In this document: in pieces, positions 40,101 to 52,621 of the stretch
How the letters are laid out: every line of letters starts with the position of its first letter
Numbering within the stretch: the first letter of the stretch is position 1
From: Prasinococcaceae sp. CCMP 1430
Taxonomy: Eukaryota > Plantae > Prasinodermophyta
DNA: 64,000 nucleotides
Direction: 5' to 3'
NCBI GenBank assembly: GCA_013416795.1
Contig: RQSC01000026.1
Location: 512,330 to 576,329, forward strand
The notes under the pieces: generated by a model
Told to the model about the DNA's origin: nothing
The model's input: the letters and a program-made list of their open reading frames with translations, nothing else
Database searches by the model: none
Translations under genes and position numbers: made by a program

Positions 40101-41398
40101 GGCTGCGCCGCCGCAGCCGGGACCGCTGACGCGCCGGCCCCGGCGCCGGCGCCCGCGGGTATCTCCGAGACGGACGCGATGATGAACGTCATCAAGGCCG
40201 TGCTTGGCGCGGGCGCGTTTGCGCTGCCGTGGGCGTTTGCCAGCGGCGGTATCGTGCTGGCGAGCACCACCGTCGTGTGCTCCATGCTGGTGTGCCAGTA
40301 CATGGTTTCGTTCCTCGTGCGCTCGCGCAACATGCTCCCAGCCGCCGACGCCGCCAAGGTCGATGCGTACACTGACCTGGCGGTGCAGACCATCGGCCCC
40401 AAGGGCGGCCTCGCGACCGAGCTGATGGTGCTGGTGTGCTGTTTTGGCATCGCGAGCGCGTACATGGTCTTCGTGGCCGACACACTCGCGACGCTCATCG
40501 TGCCGTCGGTCGTCGGCATTGGCCCGTACTCCACGCCGGAGGTGCTGCTCTACCAGCTGCCGCTCTTCGTCATGCTAGCTTGGATCAAGAAGGTGCGGGC
40601 GCGATCGCGATCTCACAAACCTTGCCCCCGTTCGCGTTGTCTCACCCCGCTGACCCAATGGCGCGCGCGCAGATGTCTGGCCTCAGCCTTATCTCCTTGC
40701 TGGGCAACGTGAGCGTGGTGACCGGCATGGGCTTCGTGACCTACTACGCCTCGACGCTGGGCTCGTCGCTCGCCCTGCTGCCGATGTGGAACCCAGCGAC
40801 CTTTCCCATGTGGTTCGGCTCGGTGGCGTTCCTCTTCTTCTGTCACTTCAACCTGCCCGGCGTCGAGTCGGCCATGACCGACAGGGCCAAGTTCTCGGCC
40901 GCATCCCTCAAGGGCTTCTCTTTCTGCGCGGTCCTCGCCATGGTCTTCGGCACCGTGGGAGCTGTGGCCTTCGGCCCGGGCGTGGCTTCCAACGTCATCA
41001 CCGATCTGCGGGGCACCGGCCTTGTGATCATCGTGAAGCTGCTGCTGTGCTTCAACCTCCTGGCGACCTTCCCGGTGGTGTGCCGCACAGCCTTCGTGAC
41101 CATCGAGAAGTTCGCCAAGCTTGGCGGCCTCACGCTGGGCACGTGGTCCTCCAACGCGGTGCGCACCGTGTACGTCATCGCAGCCGGCCTGACTGCCATC
41201 GCCATCCCGTCTTTCGGCAAGCTGCTCGGCGTCGTGGGCGGCTTCTGCTGCACCATGCTCACGTGCATGTTCCCGCCGATGATGCTGCTGGCCGCCTCCA
41301 AGCGGACGGGCAAGGAGCTCGACACCGTCACCAGGGTCGCGTGCTACGCCACCATGGCGCTCGCCGCCGCACTCGGCATTTTCTCTATCATCGCATAG
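40101..41398 (+). CDS. Amino acid transporter, AAAP/Aa_trans (SLC36/38-like); intron 40593-40672; start unresolved
   Basis: MNVIKAVLGAGAFALPWAFASGG, YTDLA, FGSVAFLFFCH...ESAM, FGTVGAVAFG...VIT.L, PSFGKLLGVVGG...FPP; about 11 hydrophobic segments. Confidence 0.85.
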
Positions 41399-41831
41399 GG
41401 GTGCCAACTCTCGTAGCCATCTCATGCGGATGCCCACTCTCTAGTTGCGCGCGAGGCCGGGCCCAGTGATTAGAGCGCGGGAATTGCTGCGCCTGGGTAA
41501 CACCGTCACGCAGTCAAAAAACACATTTACATGGTGTGCCGGTCAACTCGCTAGCAACCATCTCTGCGGCTGGTTCGCAAGCACCGGTGCGCGTGGGCGC
41601 CGGGGAGTGGTGGCGGTGGCGCTGTTGTGTGGGGGGCGGGGTGGGGTGGGGGGCTCCTACCCCCACTTCCTCTTCCTCCTCCCTCCCTCCCCTCCCTCCC
41701 CTCCCCCCACCCCATCCCGCCGCCCTCTTCTGGCTGGTGGTTGCCAGCAGCAAGCGTCGACTTCAAAGAATGGTCCGAGCGAGGCGCGGCCGCCTTGGGC
41801 GCCGCTGGACCTGCGCACACCAGGGCCGCTG

Positions 41832-44333
41832 CTACGCGGTCACGTCCGAGAGTTCGGCCACTAGCCTCTGGATCTCCTCGAGGGACTTCTCCGGCGTGTA
41901 GCACGGGTGCTGAGCGCCGTCGTTGGCACCGCACACCGTGATGCGCATGGCGCCGTCCTCGCCCGCGTCGACGAGCGCCGTGTCGCCCACCTCGAACTCA
42001 CCCAGGAGCAGAGCCTCGCACATCGGATCCTCGATCATCGACATGATGGCGCGGCGCATCGGCCGCGCGCCCATCGCTTGATCGTAGCCCTGGTTCAGGA
42101 GCGAGTCCATCGCGCGCTCCGTCACCCGCACGACGACGCCCTTGGCCGCCAGCCGCTGCCCGAGGTCGTTAAGCATGTACGTCGCGACCATGCGCACGTT
42201 GTCGCGCGTGAGCTTCTTGAACACCACCACCTCGTCGATGCGGTTGAGCAGCTCGGGTCTGAAGTACTCCTTGAGCGCATCCAGGACCATGCTGCGCATG
42301 CGCTTGAACACGCCGCCGTCCTCCTCCGTCTCATCGGGCACCTCGAAGCCGAGGCCGCCGGCCCCGTCCTTCATGATTGCCTGCGCGCCCACGTTGCTCG
42401 TCATGATGAGCAGCGTGTTCTTGAAGTCCACGACGCGGCCCGTGCTGTCCGTGAGGCGGCCGTCCTCGAAGACCTGCAGAAGGATGTTGAACACGTCCGG
42501 GTGCGCCTTCTCCACCTCATCAAGGAGCACCACGGTGTACGGGTTCCTCCGCACAGCCTCGGTCAGCGTGCCGCCGTCGCCGTAGCCAGCGTAGCCCGGC
42601 GGCGCGCCGATGAGCTTGGCCACGGTGTGGCGCTCCATGTACTCCGACATGTCGAGGCGCACCATGTGGTTGTCCGTGCCGAACATGTGGTTGCAGAGCG
42701 CCTTCGTGAGCTCAGTCTTGCCGACGCCGGTGGGCCCGGCGAAGAGGAAGACGCCCTGTGGCCTGTCCGGCGACGCGAGGCCGGTGCGCCCGCGGCGCAG
42801 GGAACGCGCCACGGCGTGCACGGCCTCCTCCTGGCCGATGACCCTGCCGGTGAGGTCGTCCTCGAGCGTCAGCAGGCGCGCGCCCTCGTCCTCGGTGAGC
42901 TGCTCGAGCGGGATCTTCGTCCAGGCGGCGGCGACGGCCTCGATCTCCGCGGCGCCCACCTGCGCGACGACCTCGTCGCCGAGCTTCTGGCTGCTGGCGG
43001 CGGCGGCCTCGCGGCGCTTGCACTCGGCGTTGAGCTCGCTCCACACCGCCGAGCTGTCCGTGAGGTCCGTCTGAGACTTGGCCACGGCGGCTTTCTTGGC
43101 GGCCTTCTTCTCCTTGAAGGCCTCGATGCGGGCGCGGCTGCCCGCCTCGTCCATGAGGTCGATCGCCTTGTCCGGCAGGAAGCGGTCGGGGATGTATCGC
43201 GAGGAGAGCTCAACGGCAGCCTTGAGCGCCTCGTCGTCGAACGAGACCTTGTGGTGCTCCTCGTAGTACTTGCGCAGGCCCTGGAGGATCTCCAGCGCCT
43301 CGTCCGGGCTCGGCTCGTTGACGAACACCGGCTGGAAGCGGCGCGCGAGCGCGGCGTCCTGCTCGATGTACTTGCGATGCTCGTCGAGCGTGGTGGCTCC
43401 CACGCACTGCATCTGGCCGCGCGAGAGCGCGGGCTTCATCATGTTGGAGATGTCCATGCCGCCCCCGCCGCCGCCGCCGCGGCCGATGGCGCCCGCGCCC
43501 ACGAGCGTGTGGATCTCGTCGATCATGAGGATGAGGTCGTCGTCGCCGACGACCTCCTCGAGCAGCTTGGTCACGCGGTTCTCAAGCTCGCCGCGCTCCT
43601 TGGCGCCCGCCATGAGCAGGCCCATGTCGAGCGAGACGATGCGCTTGTCGACAAGGAAGTCCGGGCACTTGCCCGAGACGATGCGCACGGCCAGGCCCGC
43701 GCCGATCGCCGTCTTGCCCACGCCGGGCTCGCCGAGCAGGATGGGGTTGTTCTTGCGGCGGCGCGCGAGGATCTCCACGCAGCGCGCGACCTCCTTGTCG
43801 CGGCCGATCACCGGGTCGATCTTGCCCTTGCGCGCGAGCTCCGTGAGGTCGGTGCCGAACTCCTCGAGCATGGACTCCTGTTCGCCCTTCTGGCCCGCCT
43901 TGCCCGCCTTGCCCGCGGCCTTCGCCGCCGACACGTTGGCGCCCTTGTCCGGGGGCGTGCCCTTCTCGGCGCTCAGCTCCGTCTGCAGCTGCGCCAGCGC
44001 CCCCTCGCGCAGCTTCATGGGGTCCTCGCCGAGCGCGCGGATCATGTCGCTCACGCCCTCGTCAACCTCGAGCAGCGCGAGCAGGATGTGCTCGGCGCTG
44101 ATGTACTGGTGGGAGAGGCGCTGGCTTTCCTTGACGGCCTCCTCGAAGGCGCGCTTGGCGCCGATCGAGAACGGCACCTCGCTCGTGGGGCGCATGCCCC
44201 CGCGCGGCGCCGAGCGCGCCTTCTTCACCTGCGCGACGGCCGCCGGCAGCTTGATCGTCGTGCCCAGGTACCCGCCCGAAGAGTCCTTGACGCCCTCGGC
44301 GATCAGCCCGAGGAGGAGCTGCGCCGTGCCGAC
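41832..44333 (-). CDS. Plastid Hsp100 ClpC/ClpD chaperone (ClpD-like); first exon not visible
   Basis: Clp N repeats ([19 protein letters not shown]), [82 protein letters not shown]. Confidence 0.92.
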   Translation of the reverse strand, partial: VGTAQLLLGLIAEGVKDSSGGYLGTTIKLPAAVAQVKKARSAPRGGMRPTSEVPFSIGAKRAFEEAVKESQRLSHQYISAEHILLALLEVDEGVSDMIRALGEDPMKLREGALAQLQTELSAEKGTPPDKGANVSAAKAAGKAGKAGQKGEQESMLEEFGTDLTELARKGKIDPVIGRDKEVARCVEILARRRKNNPILLGEPGVGKTAIGAGLAVRIVSGKCPDFLVDKRIVSLDMGLLMAGAKERGELENRVTKLLEEVVGDDDLILMIDEIHTLVGAGAIGRGGGGGGGMDISNMMKPALSRGQMQCVGATTLDEHRKYIEQDAALARRFQPVFVNEPSPDEALEILQGLRKYYEEHHKVSFDDEALKAAVELSSRYIPDRFLPDKAIDLMDEAGSRARIEAFKEKKAAKKAAVAKSQTDLTDSSAVWSELNAECKRREAAAASSQKLGDEVVAQVGAAEIEAVAAAWTKIPLEQLTEDEGARLLTLEDDLTGRVIGQEEAVHAVARSLRRGRTGLASPDRPQGVFLFAGPTGVGKTELTKALCNHMFGTDNHMVRLDMSEYMERHTVAKLIGAPPGYAGYGDGGTLTEAVRRNPYTVVLLDEVEKAHPDVFNILLQVFEDGRLTDSTGRVVDFKNTLLIMTSNVGAQAIMKDGAGGLGFEVPDETEEDGGVFKRMRSMVLDALKEYFRPELLNRIDEVVVFKKLTRDNVRMVATYMLNDLGQRLAAKGVVVRVTERAMDSLLNQGYDQAMGARPMRRAIMSMIEDPMCEALLLGEFEVGDTALVDAGEDGAMRITVCGANDGAQHPCYTPEKSLEEIQRLVAELSDVTA

Positions 44334-45681
44334 CTGCGCGCGGCGGGGTCGCGGGGAGCGCGCGTCAGCCCCCGGTGCCGCGCGGGCGCGGCGCGCGCTC
44401 GGCGCTCATGCTCGGAAAAAAGGCGCGTCGATCACGCCCATCCTAGGTCTGTTCCTACGTGAATGGACACACAGTGAGATTTCTTCCGGATGGTCGTATC
44501 TTCTGGGTGATACGTACTGTGAATGGGGTAAGGTTCATANNNNNNNNNNNNNNNNNNNNNNNNNNNNNNNNNNNNNNNNNNNNNNNNNNNNNNNNNNNNN
44601 NNNNNNNNNNNNNNNNNNNNNNNNNNNNNNNNNNNNNNNNNNNNNNNNNNNNNNNNNNNNNNNNNNNNNNNNNNNNNNNNNNNNNNNNNNNNNNNNNNNN
44701 NNNNNNNNNNNNNNNNNNNNNNNNNNNNNNNNNNNNNNNNNNNNNNNNNNNNNNNNNNNNNNNNNNNNNNNNNNNNNNNNNNNNNNNNNNNNNNNNNNNN
44801 NNNNNNNNNNNNNNNNNNNNNNNNNNNNNNNNNNNNNNNNNNNNNNNNNNNNNNNNNNNNNNNNNNNNNNNNNNNNNNNNNNNNNNNNNNNNNNNNNNNN
44901 NNNNNNNNNNNNNNNNNNNNNNNNNNNNNNNNNNNNNNNNNNNNNNNNNNNNNNNNNNNNNNNNNNNNNNNNNNNNNNNNNNNNNNNNNNNNNNNNNNNN
45001 NNNNNNNNNNNNNNNNNNNNNNNNNNNNNNNNNNNNNNNNNNNNNNNNNNNNNNNNNNNNNNNNNNNGGCAGCGCGCACGTGCGGGCGCGCGCGCGCGCG
45101 CGCGCGCGAAAAGGCGGGAACCTTTTCGCCGCTTCGCCGCCGCGCGCGCGCGCGCACAGAGCGAGAGCAGCCACGAACCGACGCGCGCCAACAGCGACGG
45201 ACGGACGGACAACTGGGCGGAGGCCATTCCTATTCGTTCGTACACTACCAACCAACCAACCCACCAACCCACCAACTCACACCGCGGCTCGATCGATCGA
45301 TCGCTGGATCGATGCGCGCGACGTGACGCCACGCAGAGACCACGAGACGCGGAGACTACCCGGGGGAAGATCCACCAACCTGTGGCGCTGACAAAACAAC
45401 AAACCGCACCCTGTGAGCCACCAGCAAGCCAGACGTCAAGCAAGAGCACGCAATCAAGGCGTGGGACCGCGGCGTGCGTGCGATCGAGCGCGTTCAAAAT
45501 ATCGGTCCATCAAAATATCCCCACCACGTCACCGCACCGCGCCACGCTTTTTTCTTCGCGTTTCTTTCCGCTCGATTTTGGGACGGGAATTGGCGCGCCG
45601 CCGCCGCGGATAAAAACGCCCGCCGATCGAGCGGCTGCGCGCGCGCCACACACGCACGACCATAAATCCAATACGCTATGT

Positions 45682-46317
45682 ATGCACACCACGGTGAGCG
45701 GCGCGGGCGGCGAGCAGGCGACAGTGGACGCCGCCAAGAAGCGCGTCATGCGGCTCGCCGCGGGCACCGGCCGAGGGACGCGCGCCGCGCCGGAGCGCGC
45801 CGAGGAGATGCTGGAGGCGTTCGAGGCACTCGAGGGGCTGAACGCCACGCTTGCTCCCGCGGACGAGCCGGAGCTCCTGGACGGCTGGTGGGCGCTCCTC
45901 TACAACGCACCGGCGGACCCAGCGAGCGCGAGCGTGGCCAACACAACGGAGGGGCCCGTGTTGGGCAGGCTCCGACCGTTCTTCCAGTTGTTCGCGCGCT
46001 CCACCGGACAAAATCAGGAGATCGACTCGCGAGGGGGCACGGTCGCCAACGTGGCCGACTTTGAGCTTCTGGGCGGCGCGGTGAAGGGCTCGCTCAATCT
46101 GCGCGGCACGTGCGCACGCGCCAGCTCGACGAGGCTTGACGTGGAGTTCACGGACGCCGTCCTCACGCTCGGCGGGTGGAAGGGCACGCTGTCGCTCAGC
46201 GCAGTGCGCCCTCAGGGCTGGGTTGAGACCACGTTCCTCGACGGCGACCTGCGCCTGGGCAGGGGAGACAAGGGCAGCATCTTCGTCGCGTACAGAGGGG
46301 CCGAGCGGGACGGATGA
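45682..46317 (+). CDS. Plastid lipid-associated protein / fibrillin family (start uncertain)
   Basis: EALEGLN, LLDGWWALLY, Q.IDS....V.N, GWVETTFLDGDLRLGRGDKGSIFV. Confidence 0.82.
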   Translation: MHTTVSGAGGEQATVDAAKKRVMRLAAGTGRGTRAAPERAEEMLEAFEALEGLNATLAPADEPELLDGWWALLYNAPADPASASVANTTEGPVLGRLRPFFQLFARSTGQNQEIDSRGGTVANVADFELLGGAVKGSLNLRGTCARASSTRLDVEFTDAVLTLGGWKGTLSLSAVRPQGWVETTFLDGDLRLGRGDKGSIFVAYRGAERDG

Positions 46318-46396
46318 GCGAGGCGCGACGCTTCGACGCTCGCGCAGCAATGCGATCCGGCAATGCTCACACACACGTTAATAAGCTCACGCCGAA

Positions 46397-47602
46397 TTAC
46401 GGCGTGGCAGTTTCGCCTTGCGCGCCCGCGGGCAGCGGCGGCGGCGTGCCGGCGTACGCCTGCAATCGAGCCTCAAGCATGGCGCAGTGGCGCGACCACT
46501 CGCCGAGCATCTCGCGCACGCGCTCGTTCTCGGCCTGCGCCTCGACGGCCAGCTCCGCGGCGGCGGCCGCTTCGTCCTCGCGCTTCGCCGCCGCCTCCTT
46601 CGCCGCGCGCAGCTCACCCGCCAGAGCGTCGTGCTCGCCGCGAGTCTCCCCTAGTGCCGCCTCCGCGCGCGCGAGCCGACGCTCAACCTCGTCCAGCTCG
46701 GCCGCCGCCGCATCCCTGCCCCCCTCAGCGCCGGCGCCCTCCACCTGTGCCTGCAGAGCGAGCACGCGCTTGCACAGTGCGCGCTGGCTGTTCTGCAGGT
46801 AGTGGATGAGCTCAGCCTGCCGCTCGAAGGCCGCGCGGCCGAACGCCCCGCCACCGCCGTTCTCGCCGCCGCTCGCGGCGCCCACGGCCGCCTGCGGCTG
46901 CGAGATGGGCAGCAGCAGCGCCGACGCCCCGCCCGGCGCCGCGCCGCCCAGTCCCCTGAGCAGCTTCTCGGTCCCACCCAGCGATGCTGCGGCGTCTGGC
47001 GTACTCGAGGCGCGCGCGTGCCGCATCGCCGCCACGCCAATCGCCGCCATGAGGCCGAAGGCGACGCTCATCTCCGTGACCACCAGCAACTGCAGCGCCC
47101 GCACGCGCCCGAGGCCAATGCCGGCGAGCGCGTCTGGCCATAAGGCGAGCAGCGCAATTGCCGCGTCGGCGAACGCAGTGGTGAGCACGGGCGCCGACAG
47201 GAGCATCCTCGTCCGCCTGTAAAAGCGCACGTGCCCGCGCCGCCACTGCCTCCGCCACTTGAAGCGCAGGTAGCGCTCCAGCAAGCACGCCGCGGGGAGA
47301 GCCAGCAAGCTCAGCGCAGCCTTGGCGCGGAACTCGGCGTCGTCGGTGTCGAACTTGAACCCAGGCCAAAACAAGACCGCAAGGAGCGTAGCTATGGCGG
47401 CCGCCGTCGCAAGCAGTCCGACCCACGGCTGCAACGGCTCCTCAACACTGCTGTCGTCTGCGCCCGCGTCGCCGCGGAAGAACCCCCGGCCGTTCGCACT
47501 GCCGCCAAGCAGCGGCGCCTCCATGCCCTCCGCCGCCGACGGCCAGCCGCTGGAGCTCGCCGGCTCCTGCATCTCGGCCGGTGTAGCTGCTCGCCGCGGC
47601 AT
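46397..47602 (-). CDS. TMEM192 / plant FIP1-like membrane protein with C-terminal coiled coil
   Basis: Four TM-like segments, GHVRFYRRTR, QAELIHYLQNSQRAL...LQAQV, ENERVREMLGEWSRHCAMLEARL. Confidence 0.6.
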   Translation of the reverse strand: MPRRAATPAEMQEPASSSGWPSAAEGMEAPLLGGSANGRGFFRGDAGADDSSVEEPLQPWVGLLATAAAIATLLAVLFWPGFKFDTDDAEFRAKAALSLLALPAACLLERYLRFKWRRQWRRGHVRFYRRTRMLLSAPVLTTAFADAAIALLALWPDALAGIGLGRVRALQLLVVTEMSVAFGLMAAIGVAAMRHARASSTPDAAASLGGTEKLLRGLGGAAPGGASALLLPISQPQAAVGAASGGENGGGGAFGRAAFERQAELIHYLQNSQRALCKRVLALQAQVEGAGAEGGRDAAAAELDEVERRLARAEAALGETRGEHDALAGELRAAKEAAAKREDEAAAAAELAVEAQAENERVREMLGEWSRHCAMLEARLQAYAGTPPPLPAGAQGETATP

Positions 47603-47975
47603 GGTCAGAGCCCTCCGCCCCCACTTCCCCCGCCCACCACTTCCTCCCTCGCCTACAGTGCGCGCCGCTGCACGTGCGCACGGACGCTGCGCTACACGAC
47701 GGCGCCGCCCGCGCGCTGGGGCGCACGTGCGCGCCAGCCGCCTGGCGGGCGGGCGGGCGGGCGCGCGGGCAGGCGAACGCGAGCACGCACAGGCCCTCTC
47801 CGCCCCTCCCTGCACCGCACGCCCCGAGCGGCACGGCGCGGTTCCCCACCCGTCTGGCGTGCCCCCCCTCCCCCTTTCGCTGGACTCCAGCGCCGCTCCC
47901 CTCTCCACGTCGCCCGCGTTCGAAGCCGCTCGCTCGCTTCCCAGGAAGGAGGCCCTCGAAGTGTGCGCGGGATAA

Positions 47976-48010
47976 CCCTAGATGTAACCCCAACTATTTC
48001 TAACCCTAAC
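47976..48010 (+). promoter_or_regulatory. Cluster of telo-box-like AACCCTA motifs in a divergent intergenic region
   Basis: TAACCCTAG, TAACCCCA, CTAACCCTAAC. Similar clusters at 52545-52568 and 53337-53397 (opposite strand) and AAACCCTAAA at ~39694. Confidence 0.45.
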
Positions 48011-48122
48011 CATGAGTGAGCCCGACGTGCGGCGCTTGCGGATCGCGCGCCGCCGCGCGCGCGCCACTCGGCGCCGCCAGCTGCGAGCCAGCTGGGGGAA
48101 GGGGTGATGGGCGTGGTGGTGT

Positions 48123-49046
48123 GTGGCGTGCCTGCCGGCGCGCGGCAGGCCGTGCGGGGAGGTGCAGCGTGCGGAGGCGCGCGCCGGCTGCGTGCCCGCG
48201 GAGGAGGAGGGGGAGGCGCATGTGAGGCGCCGCGGCACGCTGGCCGCGCTCGTGGCGGGGGCAGCCGCAATGGGGGCGGGGCGACCTCGCGCGGCGAGCG
48301 CGGCTCCCGCTCCCGGCGCTACGAACTCGGTCGCGCTCGTCACCGACGGCGGCCGCGAGGCGTTCGGCAGCGCGAGCGAGGCCCTCGCCGCGGCGCCGGA
48401 CGGTGCTATCATCGAGCTGGGCCCAGGGACCTTCAGCGAGCGGCTCGTCATTGAGAAGCCAATCACCGTCCGTGGGGCGCCGGGTGAGGCGACGACGCTC
48501 GAGTGGACGACCAAGACCCCATATGAATCTGTCATCGATGTGGGCTGTGGTGGCGTACGCCTCGAGGGGCTCCAGCTGCGCCACGCGTCCAAGTCTGTCG
48601 CGCAGAACTACGGAGTCTTCGTTCGCGAGGCGGCGGAGCTCGTGATGGTCGACTGCGCCGTCACCTCATCAACCGGCAGTGGCATAGGCGTGGAGGGGGG
48701 CGCGGCGCGGCTTGAGGGCTGCACACTGAGTGGTTGCAAGGCGCACGGCGCTGCGCTGTACGGCGACCTCCTGGGCAGCGCGAGGGACGTGGCGCTAGTC
48801 AATTGCGTGCTCGAGGGGAATGGCGGGGATGGGTTGCTCGCCAGGCAGGGTGCGAGGGCGACGCTCCAGCGCTGTGAGCTCAGCCGCAACCGCGGCGCAG
48901 GCGCCGCCGCCGTCGACGCGCGCCTTGCGCTCGAGGGCTGCAGCGCGACAGCGAACCGGGTTGGGGTCCGCCTCGAGGGCCTCCGTGCCAGGCTCGATGA
49001 CAGGGGTGCCAACGACTTGGGCGAGATCGTCACCAAACAAGCGTGA
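48123..49046 (+). CDS. Right-handed beta-helix (pectin lyase-like/NosD-like) protein with RR + hydrophobic segment (possible thylakoid Tat signal)
   Basis: SASEALAAAPDGAIIELGPGTFSERLVIEKPITVRG and repeated GI.V...L..C.L..C/N..GA/GL coils; RRRGTLAALVAGAAA. A 5' micro-exon at 48012-48026 is possible. Confidence 0.7.
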   Translation: MACLPARGRPCGEVQRAEARAGCVPAEEEGEAHVRRRGTLAALVAGAAAMGAGRPRAASAAPAPGATNSVALVTDGGREAFGSASEALAAAPDGAIIELGPGTFSERLVIEKPITVRGAPGEATTLEWTTKTPYESVIDVGCGGVRLEGLQLRHASKSVAQNYGVFVREAAELVMVDCAVTSSTGSGIGVEGGAARLEGCTLSGCKAHGAALYGDLLGSARDVALVNCVLEGNGGDGLLARQGARATLQRCELSRNRGAGAAAVDARLALEGCSATANRVGVRLEGLRARLDDRGANDLGEIVTKQA

Positions 49047-49287
49047 CGTCGTCGGTGTCGTAAGCTCATGTCTAATACGGGGCCACAGGCAACAGCGTGG
49101 AGCGCAAAGGGAGGAAGGGGGAGGGGGGGGAGGGAGGAGAAGGGTCCACGGCCCTCATCCGCGCGCGCGCCCGTGCCGCTGCCAGCGCTGGCAAAATCCG
49201 ATATGCTTACACTCGACAGCGGCTCGTCCACACGCCCCGAGGCGAGGCCTCGGCGCGTGCTCAGCACGCGCTCCGGCGTCCTCTCCA

Positions 49288-50844
49288 TCAGGCGGAGTTC
49301 ACGTCGCGAAAGAACTGCAGGGTCTCCTCGAGCGCGCCCACAAAGGTGTCCACCTCCTCGGGCGTGTTGTATATGTACAAGCTGGCCCGCGCGCTCGCGT
49401 TGATGCCCAGCTCGCGGTGCAGCGGCTGCGTGCAGTGGTGCCCCGAGCGCACGGCCACGCTGGCCGTCTGGTCCAGAATGGTCGAGATGTCCGTCGCGTG
49501 CGCCACGTCCGACGTGAAGGAGGCTAGCGCCGCTCTGCCCCCGGGGACATCGGGCGTGGGGCCCAGCACGGTGACGCCCTCCACCGCCGACACCCTGTCG
49601 TACAGGTACCGCCCCAGCGCGACCTCGTACTCGTGCACCTTCTCCATGCCGATCTCCGACAAGTAATCGCACGCCGCGCCCAGCGCGATGGCCTCGCAAA
49701 TAGCTGGCGTGCCCGCCTCGAAGCGCAGCGGCGGCTCGGCGTACGTCGAGTGGCTGAGGTAGACGTCCTGAATCATCTCGCCGCCGCCCATGAAGGGAGA
49801 CATGGTCTCGAGCACGTCCATCCTGCCCCACAGGAAGCCGATGCCCGTCGGGCCACACATCTTGTGCCCGCTGGCGACGATCCAGTCTGCGCCGAGGGCC
49901 TGCACGTCCACTGGCATGTGGGGCACGCTCTGGCACGCATCGAGCAGCACCTTCGCACCCACCCCGCGCGCTGCCGCAATGACGCTCTCCACCGGGTTGA
50001 CGCACCCGAGCGTGTTGGACACGTGGGCCATGGAGACGAGCTTGGTGCGCTCGTTGATCATGCCCAGCATGGCGGCCTCGTCGAGCATGCCCGTCGCGGC
50101 GTCCAGCGGCGCGTGGCGCAGCACACAGCCCGTGCGCTCCGCGACGAGCTGCCACGGCACGAGGTTGGAGTGGTGCTCCATCACCGTCAGCACCACCTCG
50201 TCCCCCTCTTCAAGGTTGTCCAGCCCCCACGCGTACGCGACGAGGTTGATGGCCTCGCTTGCGTTGCGAGTCCACACAATCTCCCGCTCGGATGTCGCGT
50301 TCACAAAAGTCGCCACCTTGCCGCGTGCGGCCTCGTACTCGTCCGTCGCTCGCGCCGCGAGGGCGTGCACGCCGCGGTGCACGTTGGAGTTGTACTCAGC
50401 GTAGTAGCGCTGCGCGGCGAAGCAGTCGTGGGGTGCAGGGCGCGGTGGGGCGGGCCGGGTGCGGGGGGCGGCGAGGGCACGTCAGCGCGTTGCGCGCGCG
50501 CATTTGCGGGCGTCGCCGCGCGCGCTTCTTGCCGGTGCGCTCACCTCCATGACGTCCATCACCTGCCGCGGCTTCTGCGACGTCGCTGCGGAGTCAAGGT
50601 ACACGACCTCCTGCTGCGGCGCGCTGATGAGTGGGAAGTCGGCGCGAAGCTTGGCGCCCAGGGAGAGGTCGCCATACTTGGCCAGCGCCTCTGCCGAGGG
50701 TGGGGACGAAGCCGCGACCGCCGCGGCCGCGGCCGAGGTGGTCAATGCGCGCTTCCGCGCGATGTGGGCCACCGCGCAACGACGCTTCTCGCGGCTGCGC
50801 GTGCTGCCTCCCCACGGGCGCGCCCACTGGGAGCCGCTGTACAT
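49288..50844 (-). CDS. sufS: SufS-type (group II) cysteine desulfurase, plastid cpNifS; intron ~50544-50410
   Basis: [20 protein letters not shown]|[78 protein letters not shown]. Only upstream in-frame ATG is at 50844. Confidence 0.92.
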
Positions 50845-51644
50845 GGGTGCCTTCGAGGCCCATCGCGACGTCTGGGCGTTCCAGCAGCGCCACCGCGCCG
50901 CCCTGCAGGAGGCAGGCCTCACGCGCGCTGACGTGGGCGAAATCGCGTCCAAAATCGGCCAGCTGTACTACAACTTCTACCTGCGCACGAGCGAGACGAA
51001 GTTCCTGCTCGAGTCGCTGACGTTCTACGAGGCCATCCGATCGAGGGGGTACTTGGACTCGCCGCCGGGCTCGAGCGTGGACATCAAGCTCGCGTCGAAG
51101 CAGCTGCGCTTCTACGCGCGCTTCGTGGTCGTCTGCCTGCTACTCAATCGCCACGAGCACGTTCAAGAGCTGCTCGGCGAGCTCGAAGGGCTCGCGGACG
51201 GCTTGCCCGAGGGTGCCGATGCGTCCGAGTGGTCCATGGTGGTGGAGGAGATCCGCAAATTCATGTGGGCGGACGACAAGCACTCGCTGCCGCGCACGTC
51301 CGCGCCTCGCGGCCTGCGCGCCACACCGGGCGTGCACGGCACCTTCGGCGAGGCCGGCGGCTTCCGCGTGCGATCGGCGATCCTCGTGTCGTACTCGGAC
51401 CAGCAGGTCAAGTTCTCCACTCTCACGCTCGACATGTACCGCATGCTGCAGGCGCTGGAGTGGGAGTGCGAGGGGAGCCCAGACGGGGAAGGCGGCGCGT
51501 GGCAGACGAAGGATGCGGCCAACGGCTCGGCGGCGCCACTGACGCCCGCGCCCGCCGCCCGCGGCGCGGTCGCGCAGCAGATGGCCACCCCACTGCCCGG
51601 AGAGGAGGACGCCGGCGCCGGCGGCGCGGGCGGCGCGGCCGACG
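50627..51644 (+). CDS. SCAI: SCAI-family protein, runs into N gap
   Basis: FRAM...F..LR.LP..G, VWAFQQRHR..L...GL.R..VGEIASKIGQLYYNFYLRTSE.KFL.ES..FYEAI..RGY, KQLRFYARFVVVCLLLNR, VKFSTLTLDMYRMLQALEWE. Confidence 0.85.
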
Positions 51645-52621
51645 NNNNNNNNNNNNNNNNNNNNNNNNNNNNNNNNNNNNNNNNNNNNNNNNNNNNNNNN
51701 NNNNNNNNNNNNNNNNNNNNNNNNNNNNNNNNNNNNNNNNNNNNNNNNNNNNNNNNNNNNNNNNNNNNNNNNNNNNNNNNNNNNNNNNNNNNNNNNNNNN
51801 NNNNNNNNNNNNNNNNNNNNNNNNNNNNNNNNNNNNNNNNNNNNNNNNNNNNNNNNNNNNNNNNNNNNNNNNNNNNNNNNNNNNNNNNNNNNNNNNNNNN
51901 NNNNNNNNNNNNNNNNNNNNNNNNNNNNNNNNNNNNNNNNNNNNNNNNNNNNNNNNNNNNNNNNNNNNNNNNNNNNNNNNNNNNNNNNNNNNNNNNNNNN
52001 NNNNNNNNNNNNNNNNNNNNNNNNNNNNNNNNNNNNNNNNNNNNNNNNNNNNNNNNNNNNNNNNNNNNNNNNNNNNNNNNNNNNNNNNNNNNNNNNNNNN
52101 NNNNNNNNNNNNNNNNNNNNNNNNNNNNNNNNNNNNNNNNNNNNNNNNNNNNNNNNNNNNNNNNNNNNNNNNNNNNNNNNNNNNNNNNNNNNNNNNNNNN
52201 NNNNNNNNNNNNNNNNNNNNNNNNNNNNNNNNNNNNNNNNNNNNNNNNNNNNNNNNNNNNNNNNNNNNNNNNNNNNNNNNNNNNNNNNNNNNNNNNNNNN
52301 NNNNNNNNNNNNNNNNNNNNNNNNNNNNNNNNNNNNNNNNNNNNNNNNNNNNNNNNNNNNNNNNNNNNNNNNNNNNNNNNNNNNNNNNNNNNNNNNNNNN
52401 NNNNNNNNNNNNNNNNNNNNNNNNNNNNNNNNNNNNNNNNNNNNNNNNNNNNNNNNNNNNNNNNNNCGGCGCGCGCCGCGGCTGACCGCGGGCGGGCACG
52501 CGAGCGGGCGACGCGGTCGCCGCGTCGATTTAGGTTCGAATATATTAGGGTGAAGAAGTGTGTAGGGTTTAAAATTTCTCATTGCATGTGCCTTATCAAC
52601 GGTGTACGACGTCGTCTTCAA

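Noticed and set aside
44400-44539. AT-richer segment with small hairpins and a U3-box-B-like GGGCGTGA next to a gap in the ClpC/D 5' region
   Set aside because: Boxes A, C and D are not found, the sequence is cut by the N gap, and no terminal repeat or ORF family is recognisable.
48000-48010. CTAACCCTAAC, identical to a TTAGGG telomerase RNA template
   Set aside because: It is one of three degenerate copies in a short divergent promoter, with no visible Pol III promoter, pseudoknot or terminator; a telo-box is the simpler explanation.
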